Program-made: the position numbers and the translations under genes | Notes under the pieces: model-generated | Database searches by the model: none | Told to the model about the DNA's origin: nothing | The model's input: only the letters and a program-made list of their open reading frames with translations | Assembly (NCBI GenBank): GCA_964402775.1 | Contig: CAYOEQ010000001.1 | Location: 1 to 56,737 of the forward strand | Direction: 5' to 3' | Length of the DNA stretch: 56,737 bases | Source of the DNA: an uncultured Enterobacteriaceae bacterium | GTDB taxonomy: Bacteria > Pseudomonadota > Gammaproteobacteria > Eutrophobiales > Eutrophobiaceae | Shown here: in pieces, positions 24,004 through 34,098 of the stretch | How the letters are laid out: each line of letters begins with the position of its first letter | Position numbering within the stretch: the first letter of the stretch is position 1

Positions 24004-26262
24004 TCAGAAGCTGTACCTGGCTTCCGCTCCCCAGATTCTCGGCTGGTTGACGTAACCGAGGTTGTTGGCGAAGTCGATGCCGCCGATGGGGTTATGCTCG
24101 TTGGTGATGTTACGGGCGAACATGCCGATTTCGAAGTTTCTGACCGTATCCCGGTAACCGGCGCGCAGTCCGCCTTCGAACTGTGTGCCGAAGGTGAACT
24201 CAATACTCTCATATAGAAAGTCACTGGTCTTGCCCTTCAGCTTCCAATCGGTGAACAGGTAGAGTTCAGTGCCGTTTGACAGGGGTTGGGTGACATCCAG
24301 TTGCACGTTGGCAGTCCACTTGGGCGCATGCTGGAACGGGTTACCGTCAATAATGGCCCTGCCGTTTTCATCCAGCGGGTCCCGGCTGGTAGCCATGGGA
24401 CCTATCGGCAAAGTCAGTTGCTTATCATTAAGTTCCGTCTTGTTATAACCGAAACCGCCGGACAGGATCACATTGTCGGTCAGGGCAATATCAACGTCGA
24501 ACTCTACGCCGTAGCCGACACCCTCATCCGCATTCAGCAGGGTCGTCGTATTGGCGTCGCCGCCTACCGCGACCAGTTGCATATCGTCAACCTCGTAGTA
24601 AAAGCCCGCCACGTTCAGCCTGACTTTCTCGAACAGCGCCTTGAAGCCGGCCTCGTAAGACCTGATGGTCTCCGAGTCCGCGGTGGTAACTTCAGGATCA
24701 TCTTGCAAGCGGTCCTGGATAGTGGGCGCCCGGAAACCAGTGGCCGCCCGGAAATAGACCTGGACGTCGTCGTTGACCGCGTAAGCCAGAGACGCATCCC
24801 ACCCAACGTGACTGTCCCCCAAGCTGATCAGGGGAAGCACCTCGGCAACGGGCCTGTACCTGAAATGCTCAGCATCCTTCTCATCGTCAGTGTAACGTAC
24901 CCCTGCGGTCAGAGTTAATCGGTCTGTCAGATTGTAGGTGCCTTGCCCAAACATAGCCCAGGCCGTGTTCTCGACATTGGAAACAGACACTGGAGTGAAT
25001 TCCGTAGCACCAGCATTTTGGTCCGAGGAGACGCTCTTCAGATCATCTTCAAAGTAGAAAATGCCGAACTGGTAATTCAACGCCCCATCCAGGTTGCTGG
25101 CGAGGCGGAACTCCTGGGTAAGCTGTTCCACGGCCTGGTCGCCACCGGTATCGACGTTAACCACGAAAGGTGAGGCGAACGGGTTGAAAGGCGTGCTGGG
25201 CGGACCGAACGGACCATGCGGCCCCGGTGCAAAGCCTCCACAGGTAAATAGACAGCCATACCCCCCATCAATGTCGCCGCGGGCAAACCGGTCGTAGATG
25301 TCCTGGTATGACGTGATTGAGGTGATGGTGTGGTTGGTAAGGTCATAGTCCAGTTTCAGGGTTACGCCGAAACTTTTTATTCTCGCGGGGTTATTATTGC
25401 CTCCGTCGAACCAGACCGTATCACGCTTGTAGTTGTCATTCAGCTTGTTACTGCCCTTGTCAAATATGTTGGCGCGGAAAGCAGAGGCGGAATTGCCGCC
25501 CTGGTCCTGGTGCTGGTACAGGAGCAAGGCGCTGAAATCATCCGAAGGAGTCCACAGCAACTGGACGCGCCCGGCAAAAATATCGAACCCGCCGAAGGCG
25601 TCGTCTTCCCCGGTGTAGGCATTATTGATCCAGTCAGAACGATGCTGCGTAATGAACGAGACCCGGCCCATCAAGGTGTTCTCAACCAGGGTGCCGCCGA
25701 TGGCACCTTCCACGTTTACCGTGCCCTTGTTGCCACCGGACGCCTTGATGTAGCCTTCGGTTTCTTCAGTGGGACGGCGTGAGTCGAACTTGATAATCCC
25801 CGCCGTGGTGTTGCGCCCGAACAGGGTGCCCTGGGGGCCGCGGATCACCTCGATATCGTCGAGGTCGAAGATGGGAAATGATTTGAGAGACGCTTTTTCC
25901 ATCGGCACTTCGTCAAAAACGATGGATACGGGTTGCGATGCGGCTGCGGTAAAATCTGCATTGCCCAGGCCACGCATGTAGAAACGCGGGGATAACCGCC
26001 CGTTGGAACTCTCCACATGTAGTCCCGGCACCGTGCTGGCCAGTTCCAGGACATCCCCTCCCCCTGCGAACTTGGATTCAAGCCACTGACCGGACATCCT
26101 GGTGATTGAGATCGGCACGTCCTGGATGTTCTGCTCGCGTTTCTGTGCGGTCACCACGATCTCCTCAAGTATAGTCTGGGAATGAGAAGGCGCAGCGATG
26201 ACACACAGCAGTGTGAAAAGGCCAAATTTTGAAGGAATTCTGTTGCTTTTCGTATCGCCCAT
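24004..26262 (-). CDS. TonB-dependent receptor (C)
   Basis: Start at ATG 26260-26262 with SD AGGAGAA. Signal peptide, then ILEEIVVTAQKREQNIQDVPISI and IEVIRGPQGTLFGRNTTAG. C-terminal ...EARYSF. The ORF-track start at 26370 runs into tsaC and is rejected. Confidence 0.9.
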   Translation of the reverse strand: MGDTKSNRIPSKFGLFTLLCVIAAPSHSQTILEEIVVTAQKREQNIQDVPISITRMSGQWLESKFAGGGDVLELASTVPGLHVESSNGRLSPRFYMRGLGNADFTAAASQPVSIVFDEVPMEKASLKSFPIFDLDDIEVIRGPQGTLFGRNTTAGIIKFDSRRPTEETEGYIKASGGNKGTVNVEGAIGGTLVENTLMGRVSFITQHRSDWINNAYTGEDDAFGGFDIFAGRVQLLWTPSDDFSALLLYQHQDQGGNSASAFRANIFDKGSNKLNDNYKRDTVWFDGGNNNPARIKSFGVTLKLDYDLTNHTITSITSYQDIYDRFARGDIDGGYGCLFTCGGFAPGPHGPFGPPSTPFNPFASPFVVNVDTGGDQAVEQLTQEFRLASNLDGALNYQFGIFYFEDDLKSVSSDQNAGATEFTPVSVSNVENTAWAMFGQGTYNLTDRLTLTAGVRYTDDEKDAEHFRYRPVAEVLPLISLGDSHVGWDASLAYAVNDDVQVYFRAATGFRAPTIQDRLQDDPEVTTADSETIRSYEAGFKALFEKVRLNVAGFYYEVDDMQLVAVGGDANTTTLLNADEGVGYGVEFDVDIALTDNVILSGGFGYNKTELNDKQLTLPIGPMATSRDPLDENGRAIIDGNPFQHAPKWTANVQLDVTQPLSNGTELYLFTDWKLKGKTSDFLYESIEFTFGTQFEGGLRAGYRDTVRNFEIGMFARNITNEHNPIGGIDFANNLGYVNQPRIWGAEARYSF

Positions 26263-26308
26263 TATTGTTCTCCTGGCAGGGTAATATTGTCTTGATATTA
26301 TCGCTGTA

Positions 26309-26337
26309 ATTTTACACCAATATTTGCCCGTTGTGAA
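26309..26337 (-). promoter_or_regulatory. candidate sigma70 promoter for TonB receptor C
   Basis: The minus strand reads TTCACA-N17-TAAAAT, about 45 nt upstream of the ATG. Confidence 0.4.
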
Positions 26338-26366
26338 CGTAGTTTTTAGGACGCCGCTTGAATTAT

Positions 26367-26918
26367 TCACGTCCGCACCACGCGCCCGGTAAGCGCATCC
26401 CTGATTGCGCTGGGCCTGTCATCTCCGCCGACATTGCCTGGAACGTAACAGTCCACGTCCCGGCCAAAATAAGCCTGGACACGCCGCCGGCTCCGCGCCG
26501 GCCGGCAACCGGACGGGTTGGCGCTGGTTGAGACGAGCGCACCGGCTGCGTCACACAATCTTTGCACGACAGGATGCGCCGATACCCGTACCGCCAGGGT
26601 ATCGTGCCGGCCCGTCAGCCAGCGCGGCGTAAAAGGGTGCGCCGGCACCAGCCAGGTAACCGGGCCGGGCCATGAACCGGTAATCTCTTCCAGCCTGGGC
26701 ACCCGGGAAAAATCCACCAGGTCGGATAACTGTTCGACGCTTGAGGCGGCAACGATCAGGCCCTTGTCGGCGGGTCGCCGCTTCAACCGCAGCAGTTCAG
26801 CCACTGCGTTTTCATCCCAGGGATCACAACCCAGGCCCATTACCGCCTCAGTGGGATAGGCGATGACGCCGCCGTCTTGCAGGACGCTTAGCGCATGATG
26901 GATTTCCCAGCTTTTCAA
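26367..26918 (-). CDS. tsaC: L-threonylcarbamoyladenylate synthase, single-domain YrdC type
   Basis: 183 aa. YrdC/Sua5 motifs GGVIAYPTEAVMGLGCDP, LKRRPADKGLIV and LVSTSANPSG. Confidence 0.85.
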   Translation of the reverse strand: MKSWEIHHALSVLQDGGVIAYPTEAVMGLGCDPWDENAVAELLRLKRRPADKGLIVAASSVEQLSDLVDFSRVPRLEEITGSWPGPVTWLVPAHPFTPRWLTGRHDTLAVRVSAHPVVQRLCDAAGALVSTSANPSGCRPARSRRRVQAYFGRDVDCYVPGNVGGDDRPSAIRDALTGRVVRT

Positions 26919-26944
26919 TACAGATTAACCGGAAGATACCTGGG

Positions 26945-27011
26945 GTCGATAAATGGGGTCAGAGTGAAATCACCCCTGATCCTGCCATCGGCCACGTTCA
27001 TCGAGATTTTA
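26945..27011. repeat. REP-like element family 1, long-loop variant
   Basis: GGGGTCAGAGTGAAATC...33 nt...GATTTTACTCTGACCCC, a 17-bp stem with one G:T position. It lies 16 nt downstream of the purE stop. Confidence 0.85.
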
Positions 27012-27027
27012 CTCTGACCCCTGGATA

Positions 27028-27534
27028 TCATAGTTGCTCCTGCAATGCGGCATCCTTGGCCTGGACCGAGCGGGTCATCTGCTCCCGTTCCGCGGCGATG
27101 GCTGCGGCCAGGTCCGCGTCCTGCAGGGCGAGGATCTGCGCGGCCAGGTAGGCGGCATTCTTCGCACCGGCCTTGCCGATCGCAACGGTGCCCACCGGGA
27201 TGCCTCCCGGCATCTGCACCGTCGCCAGCAATGCATCGATACCGCTTAACGGCCCGGCGTCCAGGGGTACGCCGATGACCGGCTTCGTGGTGGTTGCGGC
27301 CACCGCGCCGGCAAGGTGCGCGGCCAGGCCGGCGGCGGCGATGAATACCGCGCAACCCCGCGCTTCCGCGTCCCTGATGTAAGCCTTGGTTGCCTCGGGG
27401 GTACGGTGCGCGGAGGTGATTTTCACTTCCCTGGCAATGGAAAAGCTGTCCAGCACTTCAACTGTGGAACGCATTACGGGCAGGTCGGAATCGGAACCCA
27501 TTAAAATTGCAACGAACGGTTTGTTTTCACTCAT
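27028..27534 (-). CDS. purE: 5-(carboxyamino)imidazole ribonucleotide mutase
   Basis: 168 aa. Motifs [20 protein letters not shown] and [10 protein letters not shown]. Confidence 0.92.
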   Translation of the reverse strand: MSENKPFVAILMGSDSDLPVMRSTVEVLDSFSIAREVKITSAHRTPEATKAYIRDAEARGCAVFIAAAGLAAHLAGAVAATTTKPVIGVPLDAGPLSGIDALLATVQMPGGIPVGTVAIGKAGAKNAAYLAAQILALQDADLAAAIAAEREQMTRSVQAKDAALQEQL

Positions 27535-27560
27535 CGTTATTTCTCATCATTAAAATATGC

Positions 27561-27582
27561 GGGGTCAGAGTAAAATCACCCC
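27561..27582. repeat. REP-like element family 1, half site with GGGG...CCCC mini-hairpin
   Basis: GGGGTCAGAGTAAAATCACCCC, 6 nt downstream of the topA stop. It has the same extended form as 121-140 and the left arm of 26945-27011. Confidence 0.75.
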
Positions 27583-27588
27583 TGAATT

Positions 27589-29937
27589 TCACTTACGGCG
27601 TGTGCGCGCCGCCGGCGCTGCGGCAATCAGGTCCCGGCATTCCTGCAGGGTCAGGTCCCCGGCTTCCCTGTCCTTCGGTATCCTTGCGTTCTTTTTCCCA
27701 TCCGTAATATACGGCCCGTAGCGTCCGTTGAGGATGGAGATACCCTCTTTTTCAAATACCTTGATGTATTTTTCGGCGTCCGCGGCCTTCTTTTCCCGCA
27801 CCAGTTCCAGCGCCCGCGGCAAATCAATCGTATAAGGATCATCCTCCTTTTTCAATGAGGCGAACTTGTCGTCATAACGCACATAAGGACCGAAGCGGCC
27901 GATGTTGACGCTGATCTTCTCACCCTCTTCGGAGACGCCCAGTTGCCGCGGCAGGTGGAACAGTTCCAGGGCCTGTTCCAGGCTGATGGTATCCATGCGC
28001 TGGTCGGGCAGCAGGCTGGCAAATTTCGGATCTTCGGCGTCATCCCTGGCGCCGATTTGAACGAACGGCCCATAGCGTCCCATGCGCACCGTCACCGGCC
28101 TCCCGGTGGCCGGATCATCGCCCAGGCTGCGCGGGCTCACCGCTTCACTGCGGCTTACTCCACCCTCCTTGTCCTGCACCCGCGCCGAGAACGGTTCCCA
28201 GAACTCCCTCATCAGCGGGATCCACTCCTTCTCGCCCCTGGAAACGGCATCGAGTTCATCTTCCAGCCTGGCGGTAAAATCATAATCGACATAACTGTCG
28301 AAATGCTCGGTCAGGAACCTGTTCACGACGCGCCCCACGTCGGTGGGAACGAAGCGCTTCTTGACCATCTCCACGTATTCCCGGTTACGCAGGGTGGAAA
28401 TGATGGCGGCATAAGTCGAGGGCCTGCCGATACCGTATTCCTCCAGGGACTTGACCAGGGTCGCCTCGGAATAACGCGGAGGAGGTTCGGTAAAATGCTG
28501 TTCGGGCCGTATTTTCAACAATCCCGCCGCATCACCCGGCTGCATGGGAGGCAGTTTCCTCTCAGCGGCATCATTCCCCTGCCCCGTTTTGCGGTCATCT
28601 TCTCCTTCGGTATAGACAATCATGAAACCCTTTTCAACCACGGTAGCGCCGTTGGCCCGCATCAGCGCGCCGGGGCCGCATTCCAGGTCCACTGCGACCG
28701 TATCGATGACGGCCTGGGCCATCTGGCTGGCCAGCGCCCGCTTCCAGATCAACTCGTACAGCCGGAACTGCTCCCTGGACAGCTTCGAGTGGATTTCCCG
28801 GGGCACGCGCTGCACGGAAGTCGGCCGGATCGCCTCGTGCGCCTCCTGGGCGTTTTTAGACCTGGTCCGGTACCGGCGCGGGTTTTCGGGCAGGTACTTT
28901 GCGCCGTATTGTTTGTCTATGTACCGGCGCATTTCATTGATCGCATCCGCCGCCAGGTTCACCGAGTCGGTCCTCATATAAGTAATCAGGCCGACCGCTC
29001 CTGAACCGGTATCAATACCTTCATACAACTGTTGCGCGACACGCATGGTCTGCTGTGCGGTGAACCCGAGCTTGCGCACGGCCTCCTGCTGCAGCGTGGA
29101 GGTGATGAACGGCGGCGCCGGCTGGCGCTTGCGCTGTTTACGGTCAACCTTGCTGACGATCAGCGCCCCGTTGTGCCGGGCCTCCTGCCCGGCCTGCCCG
29201 CGCTGTGCCGCGGCATTGTTTTCCAGCGCTCCCGCCACCTCCTGCGCCCGTTCTTCGTCCGTAATGCTGAACTGCTCGATTTTCCGCTCCTCATAACGCA
29301 CCAGTCGGGCCTTGAACTCCATCCCCGCCCGTTCCAGGTCCGCTTCGATAGTCCAGTACTCACGGGTCTTGAACTGTTCAATTTCCTCTTCGCGTTCGAC
29401 GATCATCCTCAGGGCGGGGCTCTGGACCCGGCCGGCGGAGAGACCCCTGCGAATCTTCTTCCACAATAACGGGGACAGGTTGAAGCCTACCAGGTAATCC
29501 AGGGCGCGCCTTGCCTGCTGGGCGTTGATCAGGTCCCATGAAAGCTCGCCGGGATTGTCGATGGCGCGTAATACCGCGTTCTTCGTGACCTCATGAAACA
29601 CCACCCGTTTTACTTCCTTGCGCTTGAGCGCGCCGCGCTCCTTGAGCAGTTCAAACAGGTGCCATGATATGGCTTCACCTTCCCTGTCGGGGTCGGTGGC
29701 CAGGTAAAGAACGTCGGATTTCTTCAGGGCACGCACGATCGCGTCCACGGAACGGGCATTTTTATCGATGATTTCATAACGCATGGCGAATTCCTTTTCC
29801 GGGTCCACCGCGCCGGTTTTCGGCAGCAGGTCGCGCACGTGGCCGTTGGAGGCCATAACGGTATAACCGCTGCCCAGGTAACGGTTCAAGGTCCTTGCCT
29901 TTGCAGGGGATTCAACTACAACTAATGCTTCAGACAT
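27589..29937 (-). CDS. topA: DNA topoisomerase I
   Basis: Toprim N-terminus LVVVESPAKA, DPDREGEAISWH, active-site region ITYMRTDS. The C-terminal GR(Y/F)GP(F/Y) repeats lack Zn-ribbon cysteines. 782 aa. Confidence 0.95.
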   Translation of the reverse strand: MSEALVVVESPAKARTLNRYLGSGYTVMASNGHVRDLLPKTGAVDPEKEFAMRYEIIDKNARSVDAIVRALKKSDVLYLATDPDREGEAISWHLFELLKERGALKRKEVKRVVFHEVTKNAVLRAIDNPGELSWDLINAQQARRALDYLVGFNLSPLLWKKIRRGLSAGRVQSPALRMIVEREEEIEQFKTREYWTIEADLERAGMEFKARLVRYEERKIEQFSITDEERAQEVAGALENNAAAQRGQAGQEARHNGALIVSKVDRKQRKRQPAPPFITSTLQQEAVRKLGFTAQQTMRVAQQLYEGIDTGSGAVGLITYMRTDSVNLAADAINEMRRYIDKQYGAKYLPENPRRYRTRSKNAQEAHEAIRPTSVQRVPREIHSKLSREQFRLYELIWKRALASQMAQAVIDTVAVDLECGPGALMRANGATVVEKGFMIVYTEGEDDRKTGQGNDAAERKLPPMQPGDAAGLLKIRPEQHFTEPPPRYSEATLVKSLEEYGIGRPSTYAAIISTLRNREYVEMVKKRFVPTDVGRVVNRFLTEHFDSYVDYDFTARLEDELDAVSRGEKEWIPLMREFWEPFSARVQDKEGGVSRSEAVSPRSLGDDPATGRPVTVRMGRYGPFVQIGARDDAEDPKFASLLPDQRMDTISLEQALELFHLPRQLGVSEEGEKISVNIGRFGPYVRYDDKFASLKKEDDPYTIDLPRALELVREKKAADAEKYIKVFEKEGISILNGRYGPYITDGKKNARIPKDREAGDLTLQECRDLIAAAPAARTRRK

Positions 29938-29971
29938 ATTTTCTTACACGCTTTATTGTTATTCTCAAAAT

Positions 29972-31138
29972 TCACTGCGACGGTTCCCGCTCAGCACGCA
30001 TATACAGGCCCGGCGCAACCGCTGTTATCAATCCTTCCAGTTCCAGGTTCAACAACTTTCCCATGATGTCTTCGATGCCGAGTCCGGTCATGTCCACAAT
30101 TTCATCGAGGCCTGTCGGTTCGTACCCTATATTATCAAGCAGCACTTTTTCCCGTTCGTCAAGTGTATTGATCTTCCCCGCCCGGGCTGAGGCTCCTGCC
30201 CGGGAAATCTCTTCAAGGTTACGGAACCGGCCGATAACGCCCGCAATATCTTCCACCCGCTCTGCGAGTCCGGCCCCTTCCCGCAACAGGCCGTGGCAAC
30301 CCTGTTTCATGGGGTTCCTGATGGAACCCGGCACTGCGAACACCTCCCGGTTCTGTTCCAGGGCATGCCTTGCCGTGCTCAGCGAGCCGCTCCTGCGGGC
30401 CGCCTCAACCACCAGGACCGCCTCGCTCAGGCCGCTTATAACCCGGTTGCGGCGCGGGAAATTGTACGGCAGCGGCCGCCAGGACAGGGGGAATTCGGAC
30501 ACCAGGGCGCCGCTTTCACTGATCCTGTCTGCCAGTTCCGCATTGGACTTCGGATAGATGCAATTCAGCCCGTTACCCAGCACCGCCACGGTCCTGCCCT
30601 GTTGCCCCAGCGCTCCCCGGTGCGCTTCCGTATCTATCCCCCGGGCCAGGCCGCTGGTCACCGTAATCCCCTGCCTTGCCAGTTCCCCGGCAAAATAGCG
30701 GGCGTCCCTGCGTCCGTCCATGGTAGGTTTTCGACTCCCGACCAGGGCAACCTGGCAACTCACCAGCACTTCCGGGTCACCGCGTACGAACAGGCATGGC
30801 GGCGGCGCCGCTATCTGTTTCAATATAGCCGGGTAATGTGGACTGTCAAGCGGGACCAGGTGGTAATCCGGACGTTCCAGGCACCGCAATGCGCGTTCAA
30901 TTTCTTTCGCGTCGGGTTTTCGCAGCGCCTCGAGGACGGGCCCCGGCAATTGGTAACGGTCGATTGCCCCGGTCCTGGCTGCATTCAGCACGGCCTGTGC
31001 AGTCCCGAAGTCCCGCAGCAATTGAGACAGGTCATGCTCAGCCGCGGCCGCGGCATGCAACAGCGCCAGCCAGGCATATGTTTGGGAATGTTCTGAAGCC
31101 CCGTCCATGACTGTGTTCACCGATATCCTCCCTGACAT
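29972..31138 (-). CDS. dprA: DNA-processing protein DprA (Smf)
   Basis: Motifs LVGSRKPT, TSGLARGIDTEAHRGAL, VLGNGLNCIYP and GALVSEFP. The start is uncertain: ATG 31138 or ATG 31108. Confidence 0.85.
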   Translation of the reverse strand: MSGRISVNTVMDGASEHSQTYAWLALLHAAAAAEHDLSQLLRDFGTAQAVLNAARTGAIDRYQLPGPVLEALRKPDAKEIERALRCLERPDYHLVPLDSPHYPAILKQIAAPPPCLFVRGDPEVLVSCQVALVGSRKPTMDGRRDARYFAGELARQGITVTSGLARGIDTEAHRGALGQQGRTVAVLGNGLNCIYPKSNAELADRISESGALVSEFPLSWRPLPYNFPRRNRVISGLSEAVLVVEAARRSGSLSTARHALEQNREVFAVPGSIRNPMKQGCHGLLREGAGLAERVEDIAGVIGRFRNLEEISRAGASARAGKINTLDEREKVLLDNIGYEPTGLDEIVDMTGLGIEDIMGKLLNLELEGLITAVAPGLYMRAEREPSQ

Positions 31139-31234
31139 GTCAAGAAAATTCTGCTGATGCCTGCGAAGGCATGCAATGTGGAATATGTAAAAGCGTAGAG
31201 CGAATCAGGGAAGGAGTCAAACATTTCAATACAT

Positions 31235-31276
31235 GGGGTCAGAGTAAACATTCTTCGAATTTCTTTCTCTGACCCC
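31235..31276. repeat. REP-like element family 1, 41-nt subfamily (in divergent dprA/def region)
   Basis: GGGGTCAGAGTAAACATTCTTCGAATTTCTTTCTCTGACCCC. Its reverse complement shares the AAATTCGAAGA loop with 55416-55455 and 47755-47785. Confidence 0.85.
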
Positions 31277-31370
31277 GGAATTGAGAGCGCCTGAATTCCC
31301 GCATTGCCCGCGGCACTTTTTTTATGGATAATGGTCAAAGGCTTACCCGGCAGAATTGAGCAGGCATCCA

Positions 31371-31877
31371 GTGTCAAGATTAACCGTATTACATTTTCCC
31401 GACCCCCGATTGCGCAAAAAGGCGCGTCCCGTTGCCGCCGTGGACGCGCAGGTCAGGCAGCTCGCCCGGGACATGCTGGAAACCATGTACGCGGAAAACG
31501 GCATCGGCCTGGCCGCCACCCAGGTGGACGTGCAGCAGCGGGTCGTCGTCATGGACCTCTCCGCGGAGAGAATCGATCCGGTGACCCTGGTCAACCCGGA
31601 AATTATGGAAAAATCCGGAACTGAGGAAATGGAGGAAGGCTGCCTTTCGGTGCCCGGATTTACCGACCTGGTGCAGCGGGCGGAAAAAATCTCCTATCGC
31701 TACCTCAACCTGGACGGTGAGGAAATCGAAGCGGAAGCAGGCGGGCTGCGCGCAGTCTGCATACAGCACGAAATCGATCATCTTGACGGAAAACTGTTCA
31801 TCGATTACCTGTCCCCGATTAAACGGCGGCGGGTGCGCAAGAAGATAGAGAAGCAGAACAAGATCCGCGCCTTGTGA
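31371..31877 (+). CDS. def: peptide deformylase
   Basis: Motifs EGCLSVPG and QHEIDHLDG. I placed the start at GTG 31371 because VSRLTVLHFPDPRLRK aligns with the E. coli Def N-terminus MSVLQVLHIPDERLRK. The ORF track uses TTG 31356. Confidence 0.9.
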   Translation: MSRLTVLHFPDPRLRKKARPVAAVDAQVRQLARDMLETMYAENGIGLAATQVDVQQRVVVMDLSAERIDPVTLVNPEIMEKSGTEEMEEGCLSVPGFTDLVQRAEKISYRYLNLDGEEIEAEAGGLRAVCIQHEIDHLDGKLFIDYLSPIKRRRVRKKIEKQNKIRAL

Positions 31878-32800
31878 ACCTCTCCTTTGCCGGCACGCCT
31901 GATATCGCGGCAGTCATTCTGGGCGCGCTGATCGATACCCCGCAGCACCGAATCCGGCATGTTTACACCCAACCCGACCGGCGGGCGGGGCGCGGCAGGA
32001 AGACCCGTCCGAGTCCGGTCAAGCAGCTCGCTCAACAGTTCGCAATTCCCGTCAAACAGCCCGCGACCCCGGCTGAACTCGCGCAGGACACCGACCTGGC
32101 CGGCCTCGATGCGCTGATCGTCGCCGCCTACGGTCTGATTATTCCTGCATCGGTCCTGTCAGGACCCCGCTACGGTTGCATCAACGTCCACACCTCGTTA
32201 CTGCCCAGGTGGCGCGGCGCGGCCCCCATCCAGCGGGCAATCCAGGCGGGAGACAGGGAGACCGGTGTTTCAATCATGCTCATGGACAGCGGCATCGATA
32301 CCGGGAAGATCCTGTTGCAGAAATCCTGCGGCATTCGCGGCGACGATACCGCCCTGTCCCTGTCCGGGCGGCTGGCAGCGCTGGGAAGTGAATCCCTGCT
32401 CGAGGCCCTGGCCGCAACGGCAGACGCTTCCATCGACCTGACCGACCAGGACGACAGGCTCGCCACCTATGCGCACAAGGTGAGCAAGCAGGAGGCGGAA
32501 ATCGACTGGAATGCAGGGGCGGAACAGATCGGGAGGACCATCCGCGCGTTCAACCCGGCGCCGGTCGCGTTTACCAGTCTGGACAACGTGAAAATTCGCG
32601 TATGGGAAGCCATTACCCTAGATACCGGAGTGCAAAACGGCAAACCCGGCGAGATCATTGCCTACGGCCCCGAAGGACTGGACGTCATGACCGGAAGCGG
32701 AACCTTGCGCATTCTCACCCTGCAACTGGAAGGGAAGAAAAAACAGGGCATCAGGGAGATCCATAACGGCTATCCCCGCCTTTTCGTTCCGGAAAAATGA
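31874..32800 (+). CDS. fmt: methionyl-tRNA formyltransferase
   Basis: Motif HTSLLPRWRGAAPIQRAI. 308 aa. The GTG start overlaps the def stop (GTGA). Confidence 0.92.
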   Translation: MNLSFAGTPDIAAVILGALIDTPQHRIRHVYTQPDRRAGRGRKTRPSPVKQLAQQFAIPVKQPATPAELAQDTDLAGLDALIVAAYGLIIPASVLSGPRYGCINVHTSLLPRWRGAAPIQRAIQAGDRETGVSIMLMDSGIDTGKILLQKSCGIRGDDTALSLSGRLAALGSESLLEALAATADASIDLTDQDDRLATYAHKVSKQEAEIDWNAGAEQIGRTIRAFNPAPVAFTSLDNVKIRVWEAITLDTGVQNGKPGEIIAYGPEGLDVMTGSGTLRILTLQLEGKKKQGIREIHNGYPRLFVPEK

Positions 32801-34098
32801 ACCTCCGCGCGCTTGCCGCAAAGGCCGTCCGGCGGGTTGCCGATACCGGACTGACTCTGGACGCGGCGCTGGCAGAGTGCCTGCCTGTTATCGAACGCCG
32901 GGACGATCGCGGGTTCGTCAAGGAACTTTGCTTCGGGACCCTGCGCTGGTTCGATCAACTGGAATTCCTTCTGGAACGGTACCTGGACAAACCCCTGAAA
33001 GCGCGGGACAGCGATATCAGGATGCTTATCCTGGTCGGTCTCTACCAACTGCACCGCCTGGACACGCCCGCCCATGCAGCGATTTCGGAAACGGTAAATG
33101 CAGCGGTTGAACTTGGCAAGGAATGGGCAAAACCCCTCATCAACGCGGTGCTGAGGCGCTCGCAACGTGAATACCCGCGGCTCGAAACGGAACTTGGCCT
33201 GTACCCCGCTGCGTACTATTCCCATCCGGGATGGCTGTCGGACAGTATCAAACAGGACTGGCCCGACCTGTGGGAAGCCATTTTACAGGCGAATAATCAA
33301 CGGCCGCCGCAACACCTGCGGGTAAACGTATTGCGCAGTTCCAGAGAAAATTACCTGGAGGATTTGCGGCAGGCCGGGATCCGGGCGCAATCATGTGACG
33401 CGGCGCCCTGCGCGGTTCAGGTGCTGGATCCGGTTGACGTCAACCGGTTACCCGGTTTCGATGGCGGCCAGGTATCGGTACAGGATGCCGGCGCCCAGCT
33501 TGCGGCAATCCTGCTGGACCCGCAACCGGGAGACAGGGTCCTTGACGCCTGTGCGGCGCCCGGCGGGAAAACCGCCCATATCTGCGAACTGCAGCCGGCC
33601 ATTGCCGAAATAACGGCCCTGGACGTCGATGAGAAACGCCTGATGCTGCTACGCGACACCCTGAACAGGCTGAAGCTGGAGGCAACCGTAACCGGGGCGG
33701 ACGCGGCCAGGCCGGACACCTGGTGGGACGGACGCCTGTTTGACCGTATCCTGCTGGACGCGCCGTGCAGCGCCACCGGGGTCATCCGCCGCCATCCCGA
33801 CATCAAACGGCTGAAATCCCCGGAACAGGTCCCTGTACTGCAGGCTACCCAGTCAGAACTGCTGGCAGCCCTGTGGCCGTTACTGAAACCGGGCGGCAGA
33901 CTGGTCTATTCGACCTGCTCCCTGCTGCATGATGAGAACGACCGGGTGATCGAGGCCTTCCTGGATAACCATCCCACGGCAAACCTTGAAATCATCCGGG
34001 TGGAATGGGGCATAGCTACGGCCTGCGGACGGCAACTGATGCCTTGCCTGGATGACACGGATGGGTTTTACTATGCGGTATTGATCAGGGCGGGTTGA
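32797..34098 (+). CDS. rsmB: 16S rRNA (cytosine967-C5)-methyltransferase
   Basis: NusB-like N-terminus plus SAM methyltransferase motifs DACAAPGGKT, LDAPCSATGVIRRHPDIK and YSTCS. ATGA overlap with fmt. Confidence 0.9.
   Translation: MNLRALAAKAVRRVADTGLTLDAALAECLPVIERRDDRGFVKELCFGTLRWFDQLEFLLERYLDKPLKARDSDIRMLILVGLYQLHRLDTPAHAAISETVNAAVELGKEWAKPLINAVLRRSQREYPRLETELGLYPAAYYSHPGWLSDSIKQDWPDLWEAILQANNQRPPQHLRVNVLRSSRENYLEDLRQAGIRAQSCDAAPCAVQVLDPVDVNRLPGFDGGQVSVQDAGAQLAAILLDPQPGDRVLDACAAPGGKTAHICELQPAIAEITALDVDEKRLMLLRDTLNRLKLEATVTGADAARPDTWWDGRLFDRILLDAPCSATGVIRRHPDIKRLKSPEQVPVLQATQSELLAALWPLLKPGGRLVYSTCSLLHDENDRVIEAFLDNHPTANLEIIRVEWGIATACGRQLMPCLDDTDGFYYAVLIRAG

Noticed and set aside
23865-24224. 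ORFs 23865..24224 (-) and 23929..24216 (+) spanning the hairpin cluster
   Set aside because: Their sequences are just translations of the palindromic repeats (for example IPGQARND, FPLAREW) and of the 3' end of receptor C out of frame.
26263-26366. A riboswitch (for example cobalamin) upstream of TonB receptor C
   Set aside because: The leader is only about 45-100 nt, too short for a cobalamin riboswitch, and I could not see its conserved core. Only a plausible sigma70 promoter is visible.
31117-31377. 86-aa ORF covering the dprA/def intergenic region
   Set aside because: It contains a translated REP element (MFTLTP), overlaps the dprA start, and has no ribosome-binding site or motif.
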